Of a DNA stretch of 17,105 nt, positions 7,756 through 16,053 are shown piece by piece (the first letter of the stretch is position 1; each line of letters starts with the position of its first letter). This DNA comes from Candidatus Thorarchaeota archaeon (GTDB taxonomy: Archaea > Asgardarchaeota > Thorarchaeia > Thorarchaeales > Thorarchaeaceae): positions 1-17,105 of the forward strand of contig JAEOTX010000167.1 in the NCBI GenBank assembly GCA_016839605.1, given 5' to 3'. Position numbers and translations under genes: made by a program. A model generated the notes under the pieces. The model was not told the origin of the DNA. It worked only from the letters and a program-made list of their open reading frames with translations, and made no database searches.

Positions 7756-7761
7756 CTGAGT

Positions 7762-8571
7762 TTGGAGTCCGAAGAGAAGCCAAACGCTTCCAAACTCGCA
7801 GTAATGCGTGTCTATGGTGCTTCAGGGAGCACTGTGAAGAGTGGAATTGAAACAATCATGGGCGTTCATCCAGGAGGAAAATCCATTCATTCCAAAGAAA
7901 CAGGAACTGTCACGGTTAAGTCGGAGATCCACACACACTTCGAAGGATCAGATTGTGGTGGCGGTGGTGGTGGTGAAGGCGAACTCCTGTGTCTCATCGT
8001 TGTAGCCATAATAATGGCAGTTTTTGCGATCGTATGGTCTGTTGTGATGATTGCGTTCTCAATTGTGACCATTGGCGGATTCGTGAAGAGACGCTATCGC
8101 ACTATTGTCATCATAGGAAAGGAGAATATCGAGTTCATAGGAAAACTCTCAGTATTTGTGTCCCGAAGGGGCGGAGTTTCGGATTACACATTGGGGAACG
8201 TACAGTATGACGAATGGAAGGATGATACGTTTAGTCTCTTCATGCGACTGAAGCACCTTCGACAGGGCAGTCTTCTGCTTGCCTTTGGTTGGGGCATTAT
8301 TGAGATTGGGTTTAAGCTAAATCAGATACTCTTTGATCCCACCGATTACTATCTTTGGCCGTTCAGGTATGTGATGATTGCGATCTTTGCACCCCTCATC
8401 TTCTACAGCCCAGTTCTTGAGATGACAATAAGAGGGAAATTCGATGAGGGAGAAGACATCCATGCAAGACTGGTCATGAATGAGCCCAGATACAACCCAG
8501 ATATGTCAATGGACTTTGAGCAGAAGCCTGTGATTGGAGAAAGCCTCCCTGCTTCTCTTGCAAAGGAATGA
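7762..8571 (+). CDS. Hypothetical membrane protein with poly-Gly linker
   Basis: Strong SD and 269 aa. DCGGGGGGEG precedes a ~30-residue hydrophobic segment, and two more TM-like segments lie near the C-terminus. Confidence 0.8.
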   Translation: MESEEKPNASKLAVMRVYGASGSTVKSGIETIMGVHPGGKSIHSKETGTVTVKSEIHTHFEGSDCGGGGGGEGELLCLIVVAIIMAVFAIVWSVVMIAFSIVTIGGFVKRRYRTIVIIGKENIEFIGKLSVFVSRRGGVSDYTLGNVQYDEWKDDTFSLFMRLKHLRQGSLLLAFGWGIIEIGFKLNQILFDPTDYYLWPFRYVMIAIFAPLIFYSPVLEMTIRGKFDEGEDIHARLVMNEPRYNPDMSMDFEQKPVIGESLPASLAKE

Positions 8572-8583
8572 TTATTGGACCTC

Positions 8584-9039
8584 TTAGATGATGTATGGTA
8601 TTTGAGGCACATCGATTCCAAGCAGGCGATAATAGACTGTTATCTGGCCGCGATGATGGATGGAGTGCTCAATCACCTCTAGGAGAATCTCTGAGGCCTT
8701 TGCAGGGCGATTGAACGAACTGGTAGACTTCTCGAGGTCTCTATCGCTTAACTTATCCACACATTCGCGTGCTCTGTCAAAAACCTCACGGCTCAGCCCC
8801 TTAACGGCCTCAGCGGTATTGTATTCTTTAAGTGAATATGATAAGGGAACCCATTCATTCTGTGTGAGACCTACCATATAGAAATCAATAGATCTGAGCA
8901 TGTGAAGAAGGATTTCACCCACAGGTCGTCCATCCTTGATAGGGACTTTCGCTAGATCTTGATCGACTATTTGATCAATGAGGGGTTGTGTTTCATCAAG
9001 ATGACGTTTCAGTGCGGTGCTCAAGAACTGATGATGCAT
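8584..9039 (-). CDS. DinB/YfiT family metal-binding four-helix protein
   Basis: RPVGEILLHM and IEHSIHHRGQITVYYRLLG motifs give the His triad. Confidence 0.9.
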   Translation of the reverse strand: MHHQFLSTALKRHLDETQPLIDQIVDQDLAKVPIKDGRPVGEILLHMLRSIDFYMVGLTQNEWVPLSYSLKEYNTAEAVKGLSREVFDRARECVDKLSDRDLEKSTSSFNRPAKASEILLEVIEHSIHHRGQITVYYRLLGIDVPQIPYII

Positions 9040-9104
9040 ATGGAAACCATCCTAATATCGTCAACCAGCAGCAATAGAAAAACTAGACGATACGCCTATT
9101 CTAC

Positions 9105-10193
9105 TCATGGATTTGAGGCTGCGGTTTCGACCGGTTGACTCCAGATTCCTTTTTCGAGCTCAGCCATCCTTTGGAGTCGACCAAGAGAATGGAACATGGA
9201 GGCAGATTGTCCAACTTCCATGAACCCGGCCTTCTTGCAGGCACTCCTAAGAGTTTCAGCCCTTGAGTCAACGAACAGGTTTGCCATTGGACAGTCCAGT
9301 GTATCCTTGGCAATCTCTTTAGCTCTGTGAAGAACTGTGGCGATCACATCTTTAGTCTGCATGGCCTCACTGAGAATCAGATTGCCAATCACGGCCATTC
9401 TATCTGTTGCTCCGGGTCCAGAGAAATCAGATGAAGATACCGTGAGCATCCCGGAGAACTCATGGTCCTTGGTGATGGAGATCATCTTGAGTGCTCCATC
9501 GGCTCGTGGATTTGTCATCCACTTGACGTACTCTTCGTCTAGTTGTAAAGTCCCGTTAGGAAGCTCATTCTCCTTTTGGGCGCGTAGTGCAACTTCACCA
9601 ACAGTTCTACCTTCAGTAATTTCGATTTGGCATAGGTTCTTGTCAATCCGCATGTTTCTGAAGGAATCAAGCAGACTCAGTGCTAGTAGAGGTATAGCCT
9701 GTCGACGTTTACCAAACCTTGCCGCGCGCCTATATTGAAGAACACTCAGCATATTGATGCAGTGAGTACTAATCTCAAAGCCTACACGTTTGTAGATGCG
9801 AATAGCTGAACCATTTGGATCTGCGCTAAGGTGAACTCCCCAGCAATTCGTTTCGCGTGCTCGATTAATGGCATGCCTCATCAGTGTGGTGGCAAGTCCC
9901 TGTCGCCTCCACTGCGGGTGAGTCGATACATCATCAATCAATGCGACTTTCTTCGGATTTCCATTGACCATTATTGTTCCATAGGTCATTGATAATGCGG
10001 CGGCAAGTTCGTCCTCTTTCCGAATCATGAGAATTGACTCGGGGTCAAAGCCGGGCCTTTGTATATATCTCCAGATCCAGGACGAAACAGTTCGTGGAAA
10101 GTAATAATCCGCCTCGCCAAAGGATGTTTCGAACAATCCTACTATCTCTTCTTCATCTCCTGGTTCAAAAGTCTGAATCCTGTCGGAGGGCAT
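9105..10193 (-). CDS. GNAT N-acetyltransferase (two-domain, Eis-like)
   Basis: Acetyl-CoA motif A (DVSTHPQWRRQGLA) and AIRIYKRVGF, with a second degenerate GNAT half ending in KKAGF. Confidence 0.85.
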   Translation of the reverse strand: MPSDRIQTFEPGDEEEIVGLFETSFGEADYYFPRTVSSWIWRYIQRPGFDPESILMIRKEDELAAALSMTYGTIMVNGNPKKVALIDDVSTHPQWRRQGLATTLMRHAINRARETNCWGVHLSADPNGSAIRIYKRVGFEISTHCINMLSVLQYRRAARFGKRRQAIPLLALSLLDSFRNMRIDKNLCQIEITEGRTVGEVALRAQKENELPNGTLQLDEEYVKWMTNPRADGALKMISITKDHEFSGMLTVSSSDFSGPGATDRMAVIGNLILSEAMQTKDVIATVLHRAKEIAKDTLDCPMANLFVDSRAETLRSACKKAGFMEVGQSASMFHSLGRLQRMAELEKGIWSQPVETAASNP

Positions 10194-10224
10194 TGCTTTC
10201 TCCTAATCAGGACGTGGCTTCGCG

Positions 10225-10230
10225 ATATAA
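10225..10230 (-). promoter_or_regulatory. Candidate TATA box (TTATAT) for the GNAT gene
   Basis: About 31 nt upstream of ATG 10193, consistent with archaeal short-leader spacing. Confidence 0.4.
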
Positions 10231-10241
10231 GAAATAGGTTC

Positions 10242-10262
10242 ATTGACTGTCTTACAGTCAAT
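10242..10262. promoter_or_regulatory. Perfect 9-3-9 inverted repeat ATTGACTGT-CTT-ACAGTCAAT, candidate transcription-factor operator
   Basis: Directly visible in the divergent spacer between the GNAT and zinc-ribbon membrane genes, just upstream of the candidate TATA box. Confidence 0.55.
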
Positions 10263-10359
10263 CGACTTGTCAGAGGTTCAGAACTGATAAATAGAGCGTG
10301 TGCTCTCATGGTTTCGCCTGAATCCTTGGTCTAAGGCCAGAGGAGCGGGGGGAATGTAG

Positions 10360-10929
10360 ATGCAGTTTACATCAGACCCTAGTATGAATTTCCTCATCAC
10401 ATTGTTTGTGGTGATGCTGATAACTTGTGTTTGTGGCAGATCATGTAGACGAGGTGACAGTGGAAGTAGCGGGGGTGGCGGTGGTGTAGGAGTACCTGGC
10501 ATTTCTCGCGGTTCTGTTAGAGGATGTGGAATGGTCTTCATAGTCCTCGGTATGGCGTTCTTCTACTCGTTTGGATACTACGGCTGGGGTATTGCGGCAC
10601 CCTTTTTGGTAGTTGGTTTGTGTCTGACCGTCGCTGGTTCAATTGCAGGAGGGGAGGAGGGAGATCAATCCTATGCTCCAACTCCCACAAGACCACATCC
10701 AGCTCCAAGAGGCGTTTCTGATACCCCGAAGGATGACTTGCTATTCAGAGCAGCTAGATTTGCTGAGCAGGAAGGGTTGTTGGAGAGACGACAGGATCCC
10801 TATGATTCTGCTCTTTTGATACCCGTCTATAGATGTCTATCATGTGGTCAAGAAACAGACTTTCGGGATCTCAACATAACAGACGACGCAATACCGTGCT
10901 TTCATTGCGGGAAACGAGTTGACTTCTAG
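10360..10929 (+). CDS. Membrane protein with Cys/Gly-rich linker and C-terminal zinc ribbon
   Basis: N-terminal TM segment, CVCGRSCRR plus a poly-Gly linker, two TM segments, a Pro-rich linker and C-terminal CLSC-x17-CFHC. Confidence 0.8.
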   Translation: MQFTSDPSMNFLITLFVVMLITCVCGRSCRRGDSGSSGGGGGVGVPGISRGSVRGCGMVFIVLGMAFFYSFGYYGWGIAAPFLVVGLCLTVAGSIAGGEEGDQSYAPTPTRPHPAPRGVSDTPKDDLLFRAARFAEQEGLLERRQDPYDSALLIPVYRCLSCGQETDFRDLNITDDAIPCFHCGKRVDF

Positions 10930-10953
10930 ATCCATCCATTAGTGCTAATGGGA

Positions 10954-11307
10954 CTAGATATCTGAGTAGTTGATGGTCAGGAGGATTAGGTCCAAGTCGT
11001 TGGTGTTTCTGTAACCATGCGACTGTCCAGCTGGGACTCTCACAATCAGTCCCGGCTTAATCTCATAGGATTCAGCTCCCAACCAACCTTCGCCCTTACC
11101 CTTCAGGAATAGGAAGATGTGATTGAAGTCGTCAGCATGAATGGAGAATTCGCCTTTAGGCTCAACTCTCGTGAATGTCACAGAATGTACATCAGCCCCC
11201 TTAGGAACAATTCTGCTTCCTAGAACTCCAGCAGTGACGTCTGGTCTTATGGATTCCCAAGGAAGTTCAGCCCAGTCCTGAATTAGGTCGTGATCCATTG
11301 ACAACAA
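10954..11307 (-). CDS. Cupin domain protein
   Basis: EPKGEFSIH...FLFLKGKG...IKPGLIVRVPAGQSHGYRN cupin motifs. The start may be ATG 11298. Confidence 0.88.
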   Translation of the reverse strand: MLSMDHDLIQDWAELPWESIRPDVTAGVLGSRIVPKGADVHSVTFTRVEPKGEFSIHADDFNHIFLFLKGKGEGWLGAESYEIKPGLIVRVPAGQSHGYRNTNDLDLILLTINYSDI

Positions 11308-11378
11308 ACTCCAGAGTCTGTATTAACCTGGACAGACGCTGGACCTTATGTGTTGCGAAGAGAACCATCTAGTAATGT

Positions 11379-12197
11379 TTACAGGTTAAGAATTGCTCTT
11401 GCGTCTTTAGGCGTCGCTACTTTTCGACCCATAGTTTCAGCAAGCGTAGATGCTCTAGCAACGAGTTCCTCATTTGTAGCCAGTCTGCCCTTTGAGAGGT
11501 AGAGGCTATCTTCAAGTCCAACTCTCACATGACCTCCTGCTTCTATCGACAGGGTTGTCATACTGAGCTGTGTTCTACCAATGCCTGCCACCGTGAATAT
11601 ACTACTCTTTGGAAGTTGCCGTATCATATGCAGAAGGTTTTCGGTTGTGCCAGGAATACCTCCATCAACGCCCATGACTAGTTGAAATAGGGCGGGCAGA
11701 CGAACTAAGCCCTGTTCAATGAGCTTGATGCCCTGTTGTATGAAACCCACATCAAAGGCCTCAAGCTCTGGTTTAATGTTTAGCTTGCTCATTGTTTCTG
11801 CAAGATAGGTTATGGTTTCCCATGTATTCACATACACCAAAGATGGTTTTCTCCCTGCAAAATTAAGTGACCCAGTCGTAAGACTAGCCAATTCCGGATT
11901 TGTTTTGAGTGGTTCAGCTCTTTCCTCATCAGACTTGCCAGCAATACCACTGGTGGACACCATCACAACGAGGGTAGTTCGTTTACGTATCTTGTCTACT
12001 GTTTCCTGAAACAACTGATAATCTGAGGTGGGATTCTCATTCTCGTCCCGACAATGGACATGTACAACGGACGCGCCCTCTTGCTGGCACAGGTATGCTG
12101 TTTCAGCAATCTCGTCTGGTGTTATGGGCACATGAGGTGTATCCTTCTTCCGCGGGACGGATCCAGTGGGAGCAACAGTGATTATCAGTTTCTCCAT
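11379..12197 (-). CDS. Beta-keto acid cleavage enzyme family (BKACE/DUF849, Kce-like)
   Basis: LIITVAPTG, PHVPITPDEI, GASVVHVHCRD (Zn His pair), KPELEAFD and GGHVRVGLED. Confidence 0.93.
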   Translation of the reverse strand: MEKLIITVAPTGSVPRKKDTPHVPITPDEIAETAYLCQQEGASVVHVHCRDENENPTSDYQLFQETVDKIRKRTTLVVMVSTSGIAGKSDEERAEPLKTNPELASLTTGSLNFAGRKPSLVYVNTWETITYLAETMSKLNIKPELEAFDVGFIQQGIKLIEQGLVRLPALFQLVMGVDGGIPGTTENLLHMIRQLPKSSIFTVAGIGRTQLSMTTLSIEAGGHVRVGLEDSLYLSKGRLATNEELVARASTLAETMGRKVATPKDARAILNL

Positions 12198-12328
12198 CGC
12201 TAAAACTCCGGACTGTAATTCTGAACACCGTTACCACAATGAGCCGCTGACTTCTTATTCAGCATTGTGTACACTGAGTTCTTGCCAGCATTGAGTGGGA
12301 TTGCTGGGTAAATGAAGAGGGTGATAGC

Positions 12329-13618
12329 ATGCGCTTATCGCTTGTTACAAAGAATCTGAAGCCTTCTGCTACTTTAGCTATGAATGAGTTGATTTCTGAA
12401 AAGCAGCGAAGAGGAGAACAAGTCTATCATATGGGATTTGGTCAGTCTCCATTCCCAATTCATCCTAGTATTCGTGAGGCTCTTTGCAATCATGCAGATG
12501 AAAGAAGGTATCTTCCTACTCAAGGAATACATGCTCTTCGAAACCAGGTTTCGGAGTTCTATTCCAAGATGTTTGGGTTGGACTATTCTTCAGAGCAGAT
12601 TATCATTGGTCCTGGCAGCAAAATACTCCTCTTCGATGCGATGATGTGTTTGGAGGGCTCCGTCTTCCTGCCTTCTCCGTCTTGGGTCAGCTATGACCAA
12701 GAAGCACATCTTTTGGGGAAGGACATTCACTACATTGAAACACATCCAGAGACTTCGTATCTGTTGACTCCGGAGGCTTTGGAAAGTGCGATTAGGCAAC
12801 ATAGCCCAACTCTTGGACAGCAGAAGATACTAGTATTGAATTACCCATGCAATCCTACTGGCTGTAGTTATTCTAAAACTCAGTTGAAAGAGCTAGCAGA
12901 CACTGCTCGAAACCATAACGTGCAGATACTCTCAGATGAGATCTATGCGCTTCTGAGTTTCCGAGATCATGAACATCACAGTATTGCCGAGTTCTATCCT
13001 GAGGGGACTATCTTAACAGGTGGTCTTTCTAAGGACCGATCTGCGGGAGGATTTCGAGTAGGAGTCATGCTGCTCCCAGAACAGGAACAAGATCTTCTGA
13101 AGGCAATTTTGGCGGTCGCAAGTAACACTTGGTCATGTGTGGCGGCACCAATACAATATGCGTCCCTTGAAGCTTACCGACCAACTCCTGAGATCACTCA
13201 ATACATTGCGGACTGCACATCGATTCACGAATTGGTTACTAGAAGTGTTCACCAGAAACTAATAACTCACGGAATTCGGTGTCCTCGTCCACAAGGTGCA
13301 TTCTATCTATTTCCGGATTGGAATAGCGACAGGGATGTAATGCAAAGAGGAGGAATCACCACATCCGTCGAGCTGGCGGGAACAATTCTAGAGAAATGGA
13401 ACGTAGCAAGCCTTCCGGGTATGGACTTTGGGATGCAATCCGATGATTTTTGCATTCGAGTAGCCACTGTTGACTATGATGGAGAGGGTGCACTGGAGCG
13501 ATTTAGGGCCGACCCAAAAAGAGCATGGCGAAATCCTAACGAGTTCGTCAAGGAGGTTGCGCCACGAATAATCATGGCATGTAGTCAGCTAGGTAGCTTC
13601 ACGGACTCAATTCGCTAG
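12329..13618 (+). CDS. Class I/II PLP aminotransferase (aspartate aminotransferase-like)
   Basis: LKPSATL, GFGQSPFP, PSPSWVSY, LNYPCNPTG, LSDEIY and LSKDRSAGGFRVG (PLP Lys), with SD GAGGGTGA upstream. Confidence 0.92.
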   Translation: MRLSLVTKNLKPSATLAMNELISEKQRRGEQVYHMGFGQSPFPIHPSIREALCNHADERRYLPTQGIHALRNQVSEFYSKMFGLDYSSEQIIIGPGSKILLFDAMMCLEGSVFLPSPSWVSYDQEAHLLGKDIHYIETHPETSYLLTPEALESAIRQHSPTLGQQKILVLNYPCNPTGCSYSKTQLKELADTARNHNVQILSDEIYALLSFRDHEHHSIAEFYPEGTILTGGLSKDRSAGGFRVGVMLLPEQEQDLLKAILAVASNTWSCVAAPIQYASLEAYRPTPEITQYIADCTSIHELVTRSVHQKLITHGIRCPRPQGAFYLFPDWNSDRDVMQRGGITTSVELAGTILEKWNVASLPGMDFGMQSDDFCIRVATVDYDGEGALERFRADPKRAWRNPNEFVKEVAPRIIMACSQLGSFTDSIR

Positions 13619-13640
13619 GAGTATCTCTCGAAGCTAGTAT

Positions 13641-14513
13641 TCAGATGGTGAATATCAACCAGAACAGTATAATGATGCCTAGTAGAACATAGACTGGACT
13701 CAGGATTATGACTCTCTTATCGATGAGTCTGAAATTTCTGAAGATGACTATGCCAGCGAATAGGTAGAGGAATATTGATGCTTGAAGTATTGGCTGGGAA
13801 TGCACAAGCAGGGATAGGCAAAAGATTAGTGCGGTTGCGCAAAATAGTAGCGGCTCATGCGTCACCGATTCGCCCAAGGTTAGATTCTTCTTGTAGCCTT
13901 TGAAAAGAACCACATACATGAGAGAAAATCCAAGAGCAAAAAGAAATGGGAACTGAGTAAGATTCGTTGTGAATGCCCATGGAAGAAGCAATTTCAGAAT
14001 CTGCATTGCTGATATTAGTGGCAATGCAGCAATAGAATGCTTGAAGCTGATTGGGTGTGTCTTATTGTCTTGAGATTCTTGGAGGAGAGACCGTTTGTTT
14101 GATAGACTGAATATTGGAATTGAATAAAGAGCATTGATGATTATCAGAATAGACACAATGCCAAAGAACTTCAAGTCAACAAGGAGGGAGAGTAGAAGAC
14201 CTATGATAAGGAGGGATAAGCCAATTTTGATTGCCTCATCTTTCTCAATTGACCCCAAAACCAGTGGTTTTCTCATGGTTTTTACCGGAGTCATTTCATC
14301 TTCTGCAATATCGAACAAATCATTGAGCACGTAGACTGAAGAATAGGAGATAATGAATGCAATCAAACCCACGAGTGTGGCTACAACTTCGAAACCATAT
14401 CCAGAAATTACAAGAAGTAGGATGCCAACTGCATAGAGTCCAATGTTCTTCGGGATGTTGTCCACTAGATTCTTGAATAGTAGAGTCTTGCGAATCATAA
14501 TTGCATTACTCAA
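13641..14513 (-). CDS. UbiA-family prenyltransferase-like membrane protein
   Basis: YVLNDLFDIAED...K..RKPLVLG first Asp-rich motif, NALYS and many TM segments. No clear second Asp-rich motif. Confidence 0.82.
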   Translation of the reverse strand: MSNAIMIRKTLLFKNLVDNIPKNIGLYAVGILLLVISGYGFEVVATLVGLIAFIISYSSVYVLNDLFDIAEDEMTPVKTMRKPLVLGSIEKDEAIKIGLSLLIIGLLLSLLVDLKFFGIVSILIIINALYSIPIFSLSNKRSLLQESQDNKTHPISFKHSIAALPLISAMQILKLLLPWAFTTNLTQFPFLFALGFSLMYVVLFKGYKKNLTLGESVTHEPLLFCATALIFCLSLLVHSQPILQASIFLYLFAGIVIFRNFRLIDKRVIILSPVYVLLGIIILFWLIFTI

Positions 14514-14564
14514 GTCTGCTCAGTTCACCGTAGTCTAGTTGGAACTCAACCAAAAGTCCTACGA

Positions 14565-14906
14565 CTATCTGATGTATGGTCCTGTTTGGATGATCCAAAG
14601 TCCATCTTTGGAAAGACCGTCTGGCAACAAAACAGCGATAAGACCTACTACCATCAACAGAAGGCTAATTACAGAACCGGGTATTGCGATATCGAGATAG
14701 GTTTGATTCAAGCCTGCTGCGCCAGTATATGCCGCGACTAGCGATACACATGCTCCGAGAATAATGAGTGACGCCATTAGAAAGACACCGGTCACTAAAG
14801 CAACCTTCCCAACTCTCCTTCTGATTGGAGTCACACTTTGATCCTCTGATTGTCTTTCTGTCAACGTGTTTCTAGCTAAAATATGCGTATTTACTGAAAT
14901 AAACAT
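14565..14906 (-). CDS. Small hypothetical membrane protein (2 TM)
   Basis: RRRVGK followed by two long hydrophobic segments. The ORF-track TTG start (14924) lies inside the repeat, so ATG 14906 or TTG 14864 is more likely. Confidence 0.6.
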   Translation of the reverse strand: MFISVNTHILARNTLTERQSEDQSVTPIRRRVGKVALVTGVFLMASLIILGACVSLVAAYTGAAGLNQTYLDIAIPGSVISLLLMVVGLIAVLLPDGLSKDGLWIIQTGPYIR

Positions 14907-14918
14907 TGAGTCAAAGAG

Positions 14919-15012
14919 AACCAATGAGGTTGACCTGCACAGGATGAAGGCATTCGTTACAACTCTTGAACCTTGACAACTCTAGGTACTGCGCGAGCTC
15001 ATGTTTCCGACT
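14919..15012. repeat. 94-bp direct repeat, copy 1 (duplicate of the 23S 3' trailer)
   Basis: Ungapped alignment to 15960-16053 gives 87/94 identity, and 14949-14998 is a perfect 50-bp match. Confidence 0.97.
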
Positions 15013-15041
15013 TCATCTCTTGGTTTTGAGTGAAATCTTTG

Positions 15042-15051
15042 TGTTTCTGAC
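15042..15051. repeat. Third copy of the 10-bp junction motif TGTTTCTGAC
   Basis: Identical to 16043-16052 and one mismatch from 15002-15011 (TGTTTCCGAC). Confidence 0.6.
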
Positions 15052-15059
15052 GTCTTCCA

Positions 15060-15830
15060 TCACGATTCAGCAACTAGCCACTTGCATATCCTCAACATGA
15101 AATCCCATTCGGAGTCAGGGTCCTGCGCTGAATCATAAACATCAGTTCCATCCCTATCACTACCCTCTTCGTACTCAGGATGTGGGCTTGAAAGGAAGAC
15201 TGTTCCATTTCCAAACTTGAAGACGATCATGCATGGCAAACTAGTATTGACGTATGTAGCTACTGTGGCTATCCCAGTCATGTCATCTGCATCGAAATAG
15301 CCTGATGCTTCATAGAGGATTTCGTATGATTCAGGTTCTTGAGAGAGGTCAGGAGAATCCAGATTGGTGTTGACGGTCACTTCCAGAAGGAAATCGCCTG
15401 CGCCATATGTGTCCGGGTAGAGTGTTCCGTGGAAGATATCAAGCCTGTAGCTTGTCGCATAAGATGCGCCTCCATCAATGCCAAAGTACGAGCCCCCATT
15501 CTCAATGAACTCACGGATGATGTTCATCTCATCCCCCATGATTTGACACCGTTCAGTGCACCAACAGCCACTAGGCATGACAAGAATGTCTACAGTATCA
15601 AGTATACCATCATTGATGTCAACGGCTTCTATAATAGAGACCTCGGCATGCATCCATTCGAACATATTCTGAAGCGCTATGCGACTCGTAGCCTGAACTC
15701 CTCTATCAGTGTATATGGCTACTTGAACGCCTTCCATTCCAGTAGTCATTGGAATAAAGACGACCGCAGTAATCAGCAATGTTGCCGTCAGGATCACTGC
15801 AAATCCAATCTTAACGCTTTGCCTTGGCAT
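15060..15830 (-). CDS. Membrane-anchored/secreted BPL-N-like (class I glutamine amidotransferase-fold) protein
   Basis: N-terminal hydrophobic anchor, VAIYTDRGV, DILVMPSG, IREFIENGGSYFGIDGGASYA and GNGTVFLSSPHPE, as in biotin-protein-ligase N-terminal domain proteins. Confidence 0.82.
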   Translation of the reverse strand: MPRQSVKIGFAVILTATLLITAVVFIPMTTGMEGVQVAIYTDRGVQATSRIALQNMFEWMHAEVSIIEAVDINDGILDTVDILVMPSGCWCTERCQIMGDEMNIIREFIENGGSYFGIDGGASYATSYRLDIFHGTLYPDTYGAGDFLLEVTVNTNLDSPDLSQEPESYEILYEASGYFDADDMTGIATVATYVNTSLPCMIVFKFGNGTVFLSSPHPEYEEGSDRDGTDVYDSAQDPDSEWDFMLRICKWLVAES

Positions 15831-15856
15831 GACTCTATTCCATCAGAATTGCCAAA

Positions 15857-15864
15857 CTAAAAAA
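15857..15864 (-). promoter_or_regulatory. Candidate TATA-like box (TTTTTTAG) for the BPL-N-like gene
   Basis: 26 nt upstream of ATG 15830, typical leaderless archaeal spacing. It could instead be a U-tract terminator of the rRNA transcript. Confidence 0.35.
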
Positions 15865-15959
15865 CGTAGGCGTTAGCGCATCGACACCGAACACTCTGTA
15901 CTGGGGGACTATAGTGGTGAATTTTCAACAGTTGCATTACAAATATCATATCAGAAGAA

Positions 15960-16049
15960 AACCAATGAGGTTGACCTACAAAGGATGATGGCATTCGTTA
16001 CAACTCTTGAACCTTGACAACTCTAGGTACTGCGCGAGCCACTGTTTCT

Positions 16050-16053
<4 letters not shown>
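15960..16053. repeat. 94-bp direct repeat, copy 2 (23S rRNA 3' trailer)
   Basis: Abuts or overlaps the predicted 23S 3' end and ends on the minus strand in a pyrimidine tract (UUGGUUUUCUUC). Confidence 0.97.

Noticed and set aside
12246-12310. Small hairpins (GCTGA/TCAGC; CCAGCA/TGCTGG) in the BKACE/aminotransferase spacer
   Set aside because: Stems of 5-6 bp with long loops cannot be distinguished from background.
15339-15860. 173-aa plus-strand ORF as a possible integrase or cargo gene within the repeat-bounded unit
   Set aside because: Antisense to the BPL-N-like gene, with no tyrosine/serine recombinase or transposase motifs.
15903-15960. GGGGGACTATAG resembling a tRNA 5' end; trailer as a possible 5S rRNA
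   Set aside because: No cloverleaf, T-loop or acceptor-stem complement, and no 5S conserved motifs.
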